Assembly: GCA_016789745.1 (NCBI GenBank)
Contig: JAEUQF010000139.1
Span: forward strand, 60,520-124,519
Origin: Bryobacterales bacterium
GTDB taxonomy: Bacteria; Acidobacteriota; Terriglobia; Bryobacterales; Bryobacteraceae
Direction: 5' to 3'
DNA: 64,000 nucleotides
Shown: piece after piece, positions 45,848 through 54,416 of the stretch
How the letters are laid out: every line of letters begins with the position of its first letter
Position numbering within the stretch: the stretch's first letter is position 1
Translations under genes and position numbers: made by a program
The notes under the pieces: model-generated
The model's database searches: none
What the model was told of the DNA's origin: nothing
What the model saw: the letters and a program-made list of their open reading frames with translations, nothing else

Positions 45848-47236
45848 ATGTCCCATTTATCCAGAAGAGCGTTTTTGTCGGCGTTGGGTGCGGGGGCGGC
45901 GAGCCCGCTGTGGCCGGCCGAGAAGCCCAGGGCAACGGCCGATACCGTGATCCTGCTGTGGATGGCCGGCGGCATGGCGCAGACCGAGACCTTCGACCCG
46001 AAGAAGTACACGCCCTATGAGAAGGGGTTGGAATCGAAGCGGGTGCTGAGCACGTTTCCGGCGATTGACACGAAGGTGGACCACATCAAGCTGTCGAAGG
46101 GGCTGGAAGGGATTGCGTCGGTGATGGACCGGATGACGCTGGTTCGCACGTACCAGGCGGGGGATCTGGGCTTCATCCTGCACTCGCGGCACCAGTACCA
46201 CTGGCATACAGGGTATGCGCCGCCGTTGTCGGTGGCGGCTCCGCATATCGGGGCGATGATCTCGAAGACATTGGGGCCCAAGCATCCGGACATGCCGGCG
46301 TTCATCGACATTGGGCAGAACCTGGATATCGGCGCCGAGAGCGATGCGGTGAAGGCGTTCCATACGGCGGGCTTTTTGGGGACCGAACATGCGCCGTTCC
46401 TGGTGCCGGATCCGAGCGATGCGGCAGCGGCGGTGCGGCCGCCGGCGCACATTACACCGGGGCGATTCGAGAACCGGCAGAAGTTGTACCGGAAGTTGTT
46501 GGAAGCGAATCCGGTGCTGCGGGAGGGGAGCGATTACCAGCAACAGTCGCTGCTGCAGAGTGTGGAGAATGCGTACCGGCTGATGACGTCGCCGGCGGCG
46601 AAGGCTTTCGATATCAATTTGGAGCCGAAGGAGAGCTTCGATCGGTACAATACGGGGCGGTTCGGGCAGGGGTGCCTGCTGGCTCGGAGGCTGACCGAAG
46701 CCGGGGCGCGGTTCATTGAAGTGACGACCGAGTACATCCCGTTCCGGCATTGGGATTCCCATGAGAACGGGCACGAGCGGGCCGAGCATATGAAGGCGGA
46801 GATTGACCGCCCGATTACGCAGTTGGTGCTGGATCTGGAGGAGCGCGGGTTGCTGGACCGGACGCTGATTGTGCTGGCGAGCGAGTTCGGGCGGGACATG
46901 ATTACCGAAGGCAAGCCGGGGCGCGAAGTAAAGGATCAGATCAAGCAGCCGGACGTTATCAATGAGCCGAAGTTTTACGGCATGCACCGGCATTTCAGTG
47001 AAGCCGGGAGCGTGCTGCTGATCGGCGGCGGGATGAAGAAGGGCTATCTGTATGGGACGACGGCGGAGGAGCGGCCGTGCAAGGTGGTGGATAAGCCGGT
47101 GAAGATCGAGGATCTACATGCGACGATCTACCGGGCGATGGGGATACCGCATGATCTGGCATATGAGGTGGAGCGGCGGCCGTTCTATGTGACCAAAGAC
47201 GGCAAGGGGCGACCCGTGATGGACGTCTTCGCGTGA
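45848..47236 (+). CDS. second DUF1501 protein, Tat-signal
   Basis: ATG 45848 gives MSHLSRRAFLSALGAGAAS. Further motifs are LLWMAGGMAQTETFDPK and ASEFGRD. Confidence 0.9.
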   Translation: MSHLSRRAFLSALGAGAASPLWPAEKPRATADTVILLWMAGGMAQTETFDPKKYTPYEKGLESKRVLSTFPAIDTKVDHIKLSKGLEGIASVMDRMTLVRTYQAGDLGFILHSRHQYHWHTGYAPPLSVAAPHIGAMISKTLGPKHPDMPAFIDIGQNLDIGAESDAVKAFHTAGFLGTEHAPFLVPDPSDAAAAVRPPAHITPGRFENRQKLYRKLLEANPVLREGSDYQQQSLLQSVENAYRLMTSPAAKAFDINLEPKESFDRYNTGRFGQGCLLARRLTEAGARFIEVTTEYIPFRHWDSHENGHERAEHMKAEIDRPITQLVLDLEERGLLDRTLIVLASEFGRDMITEGKPGREVKDQIKQPDVINEPKFYGMHRHFSEAGSVLLIGGGMKKGYLYGTTAEERPCKVVDKPVKIEDLHATIYRAMGIPHDLAYEVERRPFYVTKDGKGRPVMDVFA

Positions 47237-47601
47237 ACTACACCGAATTTCTGAAGCTGCGGGTAGTGGAGCGGCATGAGGATGGGGTCACGATTGAGTG
47301 TCCTCTGCAGCCGTTCTATTTCAACCCCGATGGGACGCTGCATGGCGGACTGATCGCGACGGTGGCCGATGAGGCGGTGTGGTTCGCCATGGTGGAGCGG
47401 CTGGGGAGCGGGATCCAATCGACCACGGTGGAGTTGAAGGTGAACTATTTGCGCGGGGTGAAGGATACGGCGATCCTGCACGGGCGCGCGAAGTTGGTGA
47501 AAGCCGGGCGGACGTTGTGCGTCGGCACCGTGGAGCTACTGGATGAGCGCAGTGCGCTGTGTGCGATTGCCACGGTGACGTATATGTTGCTAGGGGGATG
47601 A
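47233..47601 (+). CDS. PaaI-family hotdog thioesterase
   Basis: The GTG start overlaps the upstream TGA. Reads NPDGTLHGGLIATVADEAV...TVELKVNYLR. Confidence 0.75.
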   Translation: MNYTEFLKLRVVERHEDGVTIECPLQPFYFNPDGTLHGGLIATVADEAVWFAMVERLGSGIQSTTVELKVNYLRGVKDTAILHGRAKLVKAGRTLCVGTVELLDERSALCAIATVTYMLLGG

Positions 47602-47638
47602 GGTTTCAAGACAGCGGCTTTGTTTGTATCGGACGAAT

Positions 47639-48493
47639 ATGCAGACCCAAGACGCTGTAATGAACGACTCCGCGCGTGGCCATGCCTGGAAGTACGTGGC
47701 CGTCTATTACGCCATCGCCTGTGGGGTTTCGTGGGTGCTTTGGCTGCCGCTGGTGCTGGGTTTCGATGGGCTGAAGGTGATTCGCGCCGCTCCTTCGCTG
47801 CCGGTGTTTGTCTCGCTTGGGACGCTGGGACCGTTGGTGGCGTCTTACGTTGCGCATCGGCTGTCGGATGGGAACTGGCGGGCGGTGCGACTCTTTCCGT
47901 CCCCGGCGGCGCAGTGGCTTTGGGCCGTCCTGGGGCCGCTGCTGGTGATTTTCTGTTTCTTCGTGCTATTCCCCGCACTGCTCTCCGACGGGCCGCCGCA
48001 GGGATGGAAGTGGCGCCCAGCGAGTTTGGCCGGATTGCCGGTGCCGATGTTCAATTACAACTTACTGGCAGGCCCGCTGTTTGAGGAGTTTGGGTGGCGG
48101 GGGTTTCTGCTTCCCCGCTTGCAGCGTTTGCTGCCTGCCTGGATGGCAGCGGCCGTTGTCGGTTTGCTGTGGGCCGCGTGGCACCTGCCCCTGTTTCTGT
48201 TGCAGAACTGGAGCAGCGCTTCGCCGCTGGTTTACCTGGTTATCGTCACCGGATTCTCGCTTGTGATTGCATTCGGGTATAACTCATCGGGCGGATCCGT
48301 GCTGGTAGCGATTCTGATGCACTCGGCGTTTAACGCGTCGCCGCGGTTTTTGGGCGAATACCTGGGCTCCACGCCAACGCGTAACTACCCGGACGCCACG
48401 TGGTACATTGCGGCGGCGTTCCTGCTTGGGGGCTTGGGCTGTGTGGTGGCCTCTCGCGGACGGATGACCGTGTCGCCGGGCGGATTGGGTTGA
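47639..48493 (+). CDS. CPBP (CAAX) family intramembrane metalloprotease
   Basis: Multiple TM segments. Motifs are GPLFEEFGWRGFLLPRL (EExxxR) and MHSAFN (HxxxN). Confidence 0.8.
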   Translation: MQTQDAVMNDSARGHAWKYVAVYYAIACGVSWVLWLPLVLGFDGLKVIRAAPSLPVFVSLGTLGPLVASYVAHRLSDGNWRAVRLFPSPAAQWLWAVLGPLLVIFCFFVLFPALLSDGPPQGWKWRPASLAGLPVPMFNYNLLAGPLFEEFGWRGFLLPRLQRLLPAWMAAAVVGLLWAAWHLPLFLLQNWSSASPLVYLVIVTGFSLVIAFGYNSSGGSVLVAILMHSAFNASPRFLGEYLGSTPTRNYPDATWYIAAAFLLGGLGCVVASRGRMTVSPGGLG

Positions 48494-48496
48494 GCC

Positions 48497-49249
48497 TCAA
48501 GCAGCGGCTTTGTCCGTCATGCCGAGGATGGCGTTCGTACGGTCAGCGCCAAGGACTCGCTTTGTCTGTTCGAAGAACGAGGGCTGGCCGGCGGGCCGGG
48601 CGAAGGGGTAATCGGCGGCGCTGGCGGGCCGGGGTTGCGGCGGCGCCGGTGTTGCGGGCGGAGCAGGGGGCTCGGCCTGTGGGGGCGGCGCTTCGCAGGC
48701 GACTCGGATGGCGGCGAGGTCGGCCTGGTTGCCGCGGAGGCGCTCCGAGACCAGTTGCTTGACGACGGCCTTGGTTTCCACCACGGGCGAGATGTCTTCG
48801 GGCAGGCCGGTTTCGGTGCGGTAGAACATCTCGGTCTGGACGTGGCGGAGTTCCTTGACGGTCTGCGAGAAGGAGCGCTCGGCCCGGCTGCGGTAGAGGA
48901 CAAGGAGTTTCAGTTGCGCGGCGTTGGCCTGGACGAGCAGGGGGTCCGTGGCGGCGCCGGTATGGAGGGCGGCTTCGGCTTGCGAGCAGCGCTCCATGTT
49001 CCAGGCGGCGAGCAGGAGTTGGCGGAAGAGGAAGTCCTGGTAGTGGCCTTCGGGCTGGAATTCGGCGCGGAGATTGTCGGAGAATTCGGCGAATTCGGCT
49101 TCCTGGCCGGGCTGGATGATGAAGTTCTTCGAGGTAAGGCCGTGTTTGGTGGCGTTTTGGGAGACGGCGGCTTTGCCGGCTTCGGTGCGCGGGCCGGTGG
49201 AATGCTGGGCGTTGGCCTGGTTGGCGAGGATCTGGGCGGCGGTTGCCAT
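48497..49249 (-). CDS. conserved hypothetical protein (NQANAQ.STGPRT..GKA..S.NA.KHGL N-terminal motif)
   Basis: 250-aa ORF with AAAGGAA before the ATG. It reads MATAAQILANQANAQHSTGPRTEAGKAAVSQNATKHGLTS and has a Pro-rich segment near the C-terminus. Confidence 0.7.
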   Translation of the reverse strand: MATAAQILANQANAQHSTGPRTEAGKAAVSQNATKHGLTSKNFIIQPGQEAEFAEFSDNLRAEFQPEGHYQDFLFRQLLLAAWNMERCSQAEAALHTGAATDPLLVQANAAQLKLLVLYRSRAERSFSQTVKELRHVQTEMFYRTETGLPEDISPVVETKAVVKQLVSERLRGNQADLAAIRVACEAPPPQAEPPAPPATPAPPQPRPASAADYPFARPAGQPSFFEQTKRVLGADRTNAILGMTDKAAA

Positions 49250-49377
49250 GATGGATTCCTTTCTGTCGCGGACGGTTTGGGAGGGTTGTTTCCCGGTTCG
49301 AGCGTAACAGGCGGGAATGGGGCTACTGGGGCGGCCGCTGCGGAACTATCTGGTAAATCGGAAGTTATTTTTGTGGA

Positions 49378-49630
49378 TCATTGGTGAATGGTTTCGCTGA
49401 CGTCCAGGGGGCGGGCGAGCTCTGTATGGCGCGGGCCGGCGTCCTTCATAGCGAGGCAGAGGACGAGTTTCGGAGCAAGGGAAAGTGGGACGCTGATGAG
49501 TGATCACCGCAACTGCGGGTGGAGGGTTTCGGGATGTCTTCACCGCGGGAGATGCGGGCGGGGTAAGCGAGTGCCATGCGCATGGCGGAGGCTTTCACCC
49601 TTGCGCAGGAACTCACTCTCTTTCATGGGC
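49378..49630 (-). pseudogene. HicB-like antitoxin remnant (copy A), frameshifted and 3'-truncated
   Basis: Reverse-complement pieces lie in two frames: ...ARISRGEDIPKPS and ISVPLSLAPKLVLCLAMKDAGPRHTELARPLDVSETIHQ*. At the DNA level it is about 70% alignable by eye to 51550..51760. Confidence 0.45.
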
Positions 49631-50003
49631 CTAGCATATCGAACACTTGTATTCGACTGGGACGCTGAACGCTGGGAGCGCCCGTCGTTAGCAGGTTCAG
49701 AAGCGCTCCCTTCATCGCGGACTGGCGCTTTGCCAGGCTGAGAGTCTCAAGGACGACATTTTGCACAATCTCGCGGGTATAGCAGGGGAGGCGATGGCGC
49801 CATCAGTCCGGCTGGGCTGTTGAGACACGGCTGGCATGGAATCGGAATACGATATCATCGGATAGCCGATCCACAAAGCCGTTCGATGCTTTGAAAGTGC
49901 GCTTCGCGGCCACCACGAACAACGGGCAGATCACACTTCGCAGAAACTAAAGTCCGTGGAGAACGGCGAAGGCGGTTCTCTGGATCCAGTAAGGAAAGGT
50001 CCC

Positions 50004-51239
50004 ATGCGCTTGCTTATCCCGCTGCTGTCCCTTCTGCTGCCGGTTTACGCGCAGCAATATGACGTGGTGCTCAAGGGCGGCCACGTCGTTGATCCGAAGA
50101 ACGGCGTGAACGCAGTGCGCGATGTGGCCATTAAGGGCAATCGCATCGCCGCCGTGGCGCCCAGCATTCCGGCATCGGCCGGCGGGCGCATCATCGACGT
50201 CAGCGGGCTGTACGTCACGCCGGGTTTGGTGGACATTCACGCGCACGTCTATGCAGGCTCGCGCGGGTCGACCACGAATGGCGGCTACAAGAGCGTCTAT
50301 CCCGATCACCTTACCTTCCGCACCGGTGTGACGACAGTGGTGGATCCGGGTTCGACGGGCTGGCGGGACTTCCCTGACTTCCGCCGGCACGTGATCGAGA
50401 CCGCGGAAACGCGGGTGCTGGCGATGATCAATATCGCGGGGTCCGGCATCCTGGCCTATGAACTGGAGCAGAATGTGAATGACCTGGATCCGAAGAAGAC
50501 GGCGGAGGTAGCCAGGCAGCACAAGGATGTCGTGGTGGGTATCAAGAGCGCGCACTGGTGGGCGGCCAATTTCCTCTCGGTGGAACGCGCCGTGGAAGCC
50601 GGACGCCTGGCGAACATTCCGGTGATGGTGGACTTCGGCTATTTCCTGAAGGAGCGTCCGTACTCCCAGATGGTGTCCGAGATTCTGCGACCGAACGATA
50701 TGAGCACGCACTTCTATCGCTGGCCAGCGCCGCTACTGGAAGACGGCAAGCCCGCCGAGTTCCTGATTGCAGCGCGCCGCCGGGGTGTGAAATTCGATGT
50801 CGGCCACGGAGGCGGCAGCTTCCACTTCCGCCTGGCGGAACCGCTGGTAAAGGCCGGCTTCTATCCGGATTCCATCTCGACGGATATGCATGCTCCCTCG
50901 GTGATTGGGTCCATGCAGGACATGCCTACGACGATGTCGAAGTTTTTGGTGATGGGGATGCCGCTGGTGGAAGTGATTCGCGCCTCGACCACAAACCCGG
51001 CGACGCAGGTGCTACGCCCGGAACTGGGCCAGATCGCGGTAGGGGCCGAGGCCGACATCGCGGTGCTGCGGCTGGATAAAGGCAAGTTTGGCTATGCCGA
51101 TGCGATTGGCGGCAAGATCGAGGGGAACGAACGGCTGTCTTGCGAGATGACGTTGCGTGCGGGTAAGGTGGTCTGGGATTATAACAGCCGCGATGCCAGG
51201 CCCTGGCGGACGAGTGATTTGAAGTATCCGGAGAAGTAG
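50004..51239 (+). CDS. amidohydrolase-superfamily metallohydrolase, secreted
   Basis: ATG 50004 follows AAGGAAAGG. Reads MRLLIPLLSLLLPVYAQQYDVVLKGGHVVDP...VTPGLVDIHAHV (HxH metal site). Confidence 0.85.
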   Translation: MRLLIPLLSLLLPVYAQQYDVVLKGGHVVDPKNGVNAVRDVAIKGNRIAAVAPSIPASAGGRIIDVSGLYVTPGLVDIHAHVYAGSRGSTTNGGYKSVYPDHLTFRTGVTTVVDPGSTGWRDFPDFRRHVIETAETRVLAMINIAGSGILAYELEQNVNDLDPKKTAEVARQHKDVVVGIKSAHWWAANFLSVERAVEAGRLANIPVMVDFGYFLKERPYSQMVSEILRPNDMSTHFYRWPAPLLEDGKPAEFLIAARRRGVKFDVGHGGGSFHFRLAEPLVKAGFYPDSISTDMHAPSVIGSMQDMPTTMSKFLVMGMPLVEVIRASTTNPATQVLRPELGQIAVGAEADIAVLRLDKGKFGYADAIGGKIEGNERLSCEMTLRAGKVVWDYNSRDARPWRTSDLKYPEK

Positions 51240-51440
51240 GGTGGTCTGGGGGAGTTGCGGCGGGCTACGAACGGATGCTTTGACGGCGAATTCCGGTCAT
51301 CGACGACACCTACGGTTGGGGTAACAGATTCCAGCGAGGCAACGCCTGCAAAAGGAGCTGGCGCCAGACCAGTCCTAGTTGCATCGGGCTTCGATCCGTT
51401 GTTGCGGCCAGCCGCCCTCCGCGTCCACATCGTGCGCCAG

Positions 51441-51900
51441 TTAAGCGGCGTCTTCAAAGGTAGCGACGATGCGTTTGCCAAGTTGGGCGAGGGCTGCCTG
51501 GATGCGCTCAGGCTTGGTGGCGTGCTTGGGATTGAGCATGCGGCGGATGACGGTTTCGCTGACGCCGAGGTGGCGGGCGAGGTCGGTGTTACGGAGGCCG
51601 GATTCCTTCATGGCGAGGTAGATGGCGAGTTTGGGGGCAAGGGCGAGCGGGACGCTGATGGGGTATTGGCCGCGCTTGGGGGTGGAGGGTTGGGGATGCC
51701 GTCGCCACGGGAGATACGGCCGGCGAGGGCTTTGGCGAGACAGTCGCTGGCCTGGAGTTTGGCGTCGGCGAGGGTTGTGCCGCTGGTGAGGGCTTCGGAG
51801 GCAGGGCAACCGACGTGGTAGCGGAGTTATGGCTCTTGAGGATGGGGCGGGGTAAGTGGCGTGGTGAACAGGCGATGATCGCGGAGATCTCAGGGGGCCA
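51441..51900 (-). pseudogene. HicB-family antitoxin (copy B) with in-frame stops and a frameshift
   Basis: The C-terminal HTH part is intact: YPISVPLALAPKLAIYLAMKESGLRNTDLARHLGVSETVIRRMLNPKHATKPERIQAALAQLGKRIVATFEDAA. The N-terminal part lies in another frame (YHVGCPASEALTSGTTLADAKLQASDCLAKALAGRISRGDGIPNP). It is preceded by in-frame TAA and TGA codons, and the frame switch occurs in a C5 run. Confidence 0.6.
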
Positions 51901-51903
51901 TGG

Positions 51904-52302
51904 TCAAGTCGCGCAAACGCCGTCGGGGAGAACGAGTTTTTCGAACATTGGCGCGGGGTAGAGGTAGTCCTCGCCGGACTCGTCGATGATGCGAATCACG
52001 CCTTCGGCCTCGGCTTCGGCATCGTCCACCACGGGGTACAGTTTACGGATCTCGAGGGAGGCGAGGTAGTCGGCATTATTGAGGCAAACGGCGAAACGGA
52101 GAAGGGGCAGAGTGTTGCTGGAGGGCATACTAGAGTCGACGAGGCGCTTGATCTTGAATTCGTTCCTGCCGGTGCCGGAAACCTCCTCGCAATGGACTTC
52201 TGCTCTTCGGATTTTACCAGTTGGCAGTTTCAGGTCCGCGATGCCCTTGCCGATAGCAAACGTCTCGACATCGGTGATCTCATCGCAGATCACGAATGAC
52301 AT
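51904..52302 (-). CDS. hypothetical protein, apparent fusion of two small conserved modules (HCEEVSGTGRNEFKIKR... and ...IRIIDESGEDYLYP...)
   Basis: Internal ATG 52302 (MSFVICDE...). The upstream part of ORF 51904..52566 is Pro/Ser junk antisense to the TPR remnant's tail. The region is lower in GC. Confidence 0.55.
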   Translation of the reverse strand: MSFVICDEITDVETFAIGKGIADLKLPTGKIRRAEVHCEEVSGTGRNEFKIKRLVDSSMPSSNTLPLLRFAVCLNNADYLASLEIRKLYPVVDDAEAEAEGVIRIIDESGEDYLYPAPMFEKLVLPDGVCAT

Positions 52303-52372
52303 TCTGAGCGGTATTTTCGCACGGGCGAGCGGATGGGTTGAAGCGAGCGAAGATGACGAGTTCGTATTTTGT

Positions 52373-53406
52373 CTATCGGTTGAGAAGCCGGAGTGAGAGG
52401 GTTGCGATCCAGCGCCAGAATCGAGGGCGGATGCGGGGCTCTCCTGCCCCGATGGATGCGATCCAGGAGGCGAGGGGCTCCAGTCCTTGCATGCCATCTC
52501 GTTTGGCGGCGGCGAGCAGTTCCTGGGCGGAGGTGCGGTCAAGGGCGGCCTTTTTCGATTGACCAATTTTGAGGAACGCGATTGCGCGATTCGCGAGGGC
52601 TCTTGCCAAGTCTGGACGCAACTCCGGGCGTCCGTGGTCCATCAGCCGGGCGATGATGGCGATGGCCGCGTCGTGCTCCGCGATCGCGGCCGCCGCTTGC
52701 CCCAGAGCGCTGAACGCATTGCCTTTGTTCATCCGCGCACTCGACAGGTCGTTCTCCAACTCCGGGCGTCCGTCGTCCACCAGCCGGGCGAGGATGGCGA
52801 TGGCCGCGTCAAACTCCTTGATCGACGCCGCCGCTTGCCCCAGAGCGCTGAACGCATTGCCTTTGTTCATCCGCGCACCCGCCAGGTTGTCCTCCAACTC
52901 CGGCCGTCCGTTCTCCACCAGCCGGGCAATGATGGTGATGGCCGCGTCGTACTCCTCGATCGCCGCTGCCGCTTGCCCCAGCGCGCTGAGCGCGAGCCCT
53001 TGCTCAAGCGCGCACTGGCCAGGTCGATCTCCAACTCCGGGCGTCCGTTGTCCACCAGTTGAGAGAGGATCATGTGGCCGACCTGGCAGAACTGAAAGGC
53101 CTGACGCCGATCCTGGCGGTGGTACGCCTGGTAAGCGACGCCCATTGCCTGCTGGGCGTGAGCCTCTTCGATGTGACTTGGCCGCTCGGCTACCACTTCC
53201 TGCAGCGGCGGAATTATGCCGTAAAAGATCTGGGGAACATCGAACTCCGGCAACTCGGAGGCGAGCAGGATGCGGCTGCGGCAGAGGCTGCTCAATGCGG
53301 CTTCCAATCGCGCTCTGTCATCAAAAAGAAGGGCTAAGGCCTCCTTGCGTAAGGGGAACGGAAAGAACGCAACGAGGGAGAGGAGGTTTGAGTACAATGT
53401 CCACAA
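52373..53406 (-). pseudogene. 5'-truncated, frameshifted STAND (NB-ARC-type) winged-helix + TPR-repeat protein remnant
   Basis: ORFs 52867..53406 and 52373..52918 are one gene with a 1-nt deletion at about 52995, reading ...LSKG^(L)ALSALGQAAAAI... It begins inside a winged-helix-like segment (LLSLVAFFPFPLRKEALALLF...LCRSRILL). No P-loop domain can lie upstream, because that DNA encodes the trypsin gene on the other strand. Confidence 0.65.
52600..53060. repeat. 138-bp (46-codon) tandem repeats, at least 3.5 copies
   Basis: ccgcttgccccagagcgctgaacgcattgcctttgttcatccgcgcac recurs at 52693 and 52831, with a diverged copy at about 52969. The protein unit is GRPELE.DL..ARMNKGNAFSALGQAAA.I.E.DAAIAI.ARL.D. 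Confidence 0.8.
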
Positions 53407-54404
53407 CCGCCATGCCAGAAGAACTCCTGTCGACAGCGCTACTTGGGGAAGACTACAACGATCTGGTCACGGCAGTCACGGCGGCATTCAATGAAAGAGA
53501 GTTACGGCTGTGCGTTCGCACCAAGCTCAACGTGCGTCTGGACGAGGTGGTCCACACGCCAAGCACGCTAAAGGACAAGGTGGTGGACCTGGTCGACTAC
53601 GCCGAACGTACGCAGTGCATCGCCGCGTTGATTGGGGGACTTCGAGCCAGCAACTCGACCAATCGTCAATTGCAGGAGGTGGCGACGCGAATCCTGAGCA
53701 GGACCGTGCGGACTGAGCGAGCGCTTGAAAGGATTGTGACGCATAGCCGGGCGAAGTTCAGCGACCCGCGGCAGTTCAGTGAACAGCTGGCAGCTTGTGA
53801 ACGGCGGGTCTGCCGGATTGAGGACACGGGCGGCGGCCCCTTGGGGTCGGGGTTCCTGATTGCAGCGGATCTGGTGATGACCTGTAATCACGTGGTAAGC
53901 GGGCGGACGCCGTCCGGACTGCGGTTCCGGTTTGACACACGCGCGTCAGGTGGACCGGTTGGCGCCTCCGGGCTAACTCAGAGCGCGACCGCGCTGGTGT
54001 GTTCGAGCGGAACGCAGGAACTGGACTACGCCGTGATACGGCTGGCGGAACGGATCGGCGATGCCGCGGTGGGCAGTTATCAAAGCGCTCCAGCCCGCGG
54101 TTGGCTGGAGTTTGCCAGGGAGGAGGTGGCGATTGGGGAAGCGGTTCTGATCCTGCAGCACCCCAATGGAAGCGACCTGGTCCTGGCGCAAGGAGGCGTG
54201 CTGGGCAAGTCGGGCACGCGACTCCAGTATCGGGTCAATACGGATCACGGCTCATCAGGATCTCCGGTGCTGAACACGGATTGGAGAGTAGTGGGTCTTC
54301 ACAGCAATGCGTCAGAGTGGGAGCATAACGAGGGCATGCAGGGCGGACTGATCCTTGACCACTGGGAAAGGAATGGTGCGCAAAGCCTGACTGCTAGCGC
54401 GTAA
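53397..54404 (+). CDS. EAD1-like adaptor domain fused to a trypsin-fold serine peptidase
   Basis: ATG 53397 lies 10 nt after AGGAGG. The N-terminus reads LLGEDYNDLVTAVTAAFNERELRLCVRTKLNVRLDEVV...VVDLVDYAERTQCIAALIGGLRASNSTNRQLQEV. The catalytic triad is TCNHVV / LDYAVIRL / DHGSSGSPV. Confidence 0.8.
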   Translation: MSTTAMPEELLSTALLGEDYNDLVTAVTAAFNERELRLCVRTKLNVRLDEVVHTPSTLKDKVVDLVDYAERTQCIAALIGGLRASNSTNRQLQEVATRILSRTVRTERALERIVTHSRAKFSDPRQFSEQLAACERRVCRIEDTGGGPLGSGFLIAADLVMTCNHVVSGRTPSGLRFRFDTRASGGPVGASGLTQSATALVCSSGTQELDYAVIRLAERIGDAAVGSYQSAPARGWLEFAREEVAIGEAVLILQHPNGSDLVLAQGGVLGKSGTRLQYRVNTDHGSSGSPVLNTDWRVVGLHSNASEWEHNEGMQGGLILDHWERNGAQSLTASA

Positions 54405-54416
54405 CCCGGAGTCGCG

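Noticed and set aside
45857-46993. 378-aa minus-strand ORF
   Set aside because: It is an Arg/Pro-rich antisense shadow of the DUF1501 gene. The same reasoning applies to 37367..38407, 44904..45935, 43306..44214 and 11887..12570.
49640-49950. Possible HicA toxin or transposase fragment upstream of HicB copy A (frames reading ...REIVQNVVLETLSLAKRQSAMKGALLNLL... and ...VVAAKRTFKASNGFVDRLSDDIVFRFH...)
   Set aside because: The frames are short and broken, with no HicA (GSH) or Y1-transposase (HuH) motifs. I treat this as degenerate intergenic sequence.
51370-51410. tRNA-like T-loop string (gggcttcgatccg)
   Set aside because: No acceptor stem or anticodon arm can be folded around it. I could not support a tRNA anywhere in the window.
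52569-53396. N-terminal ~275 aa of ORF 52569..54404
   Set aside because: It is antisense to the TPR remnant and is Ala/Arg/Ser-rich. The real gene starts at ATG 53397, which has an AGGAGG RBS.
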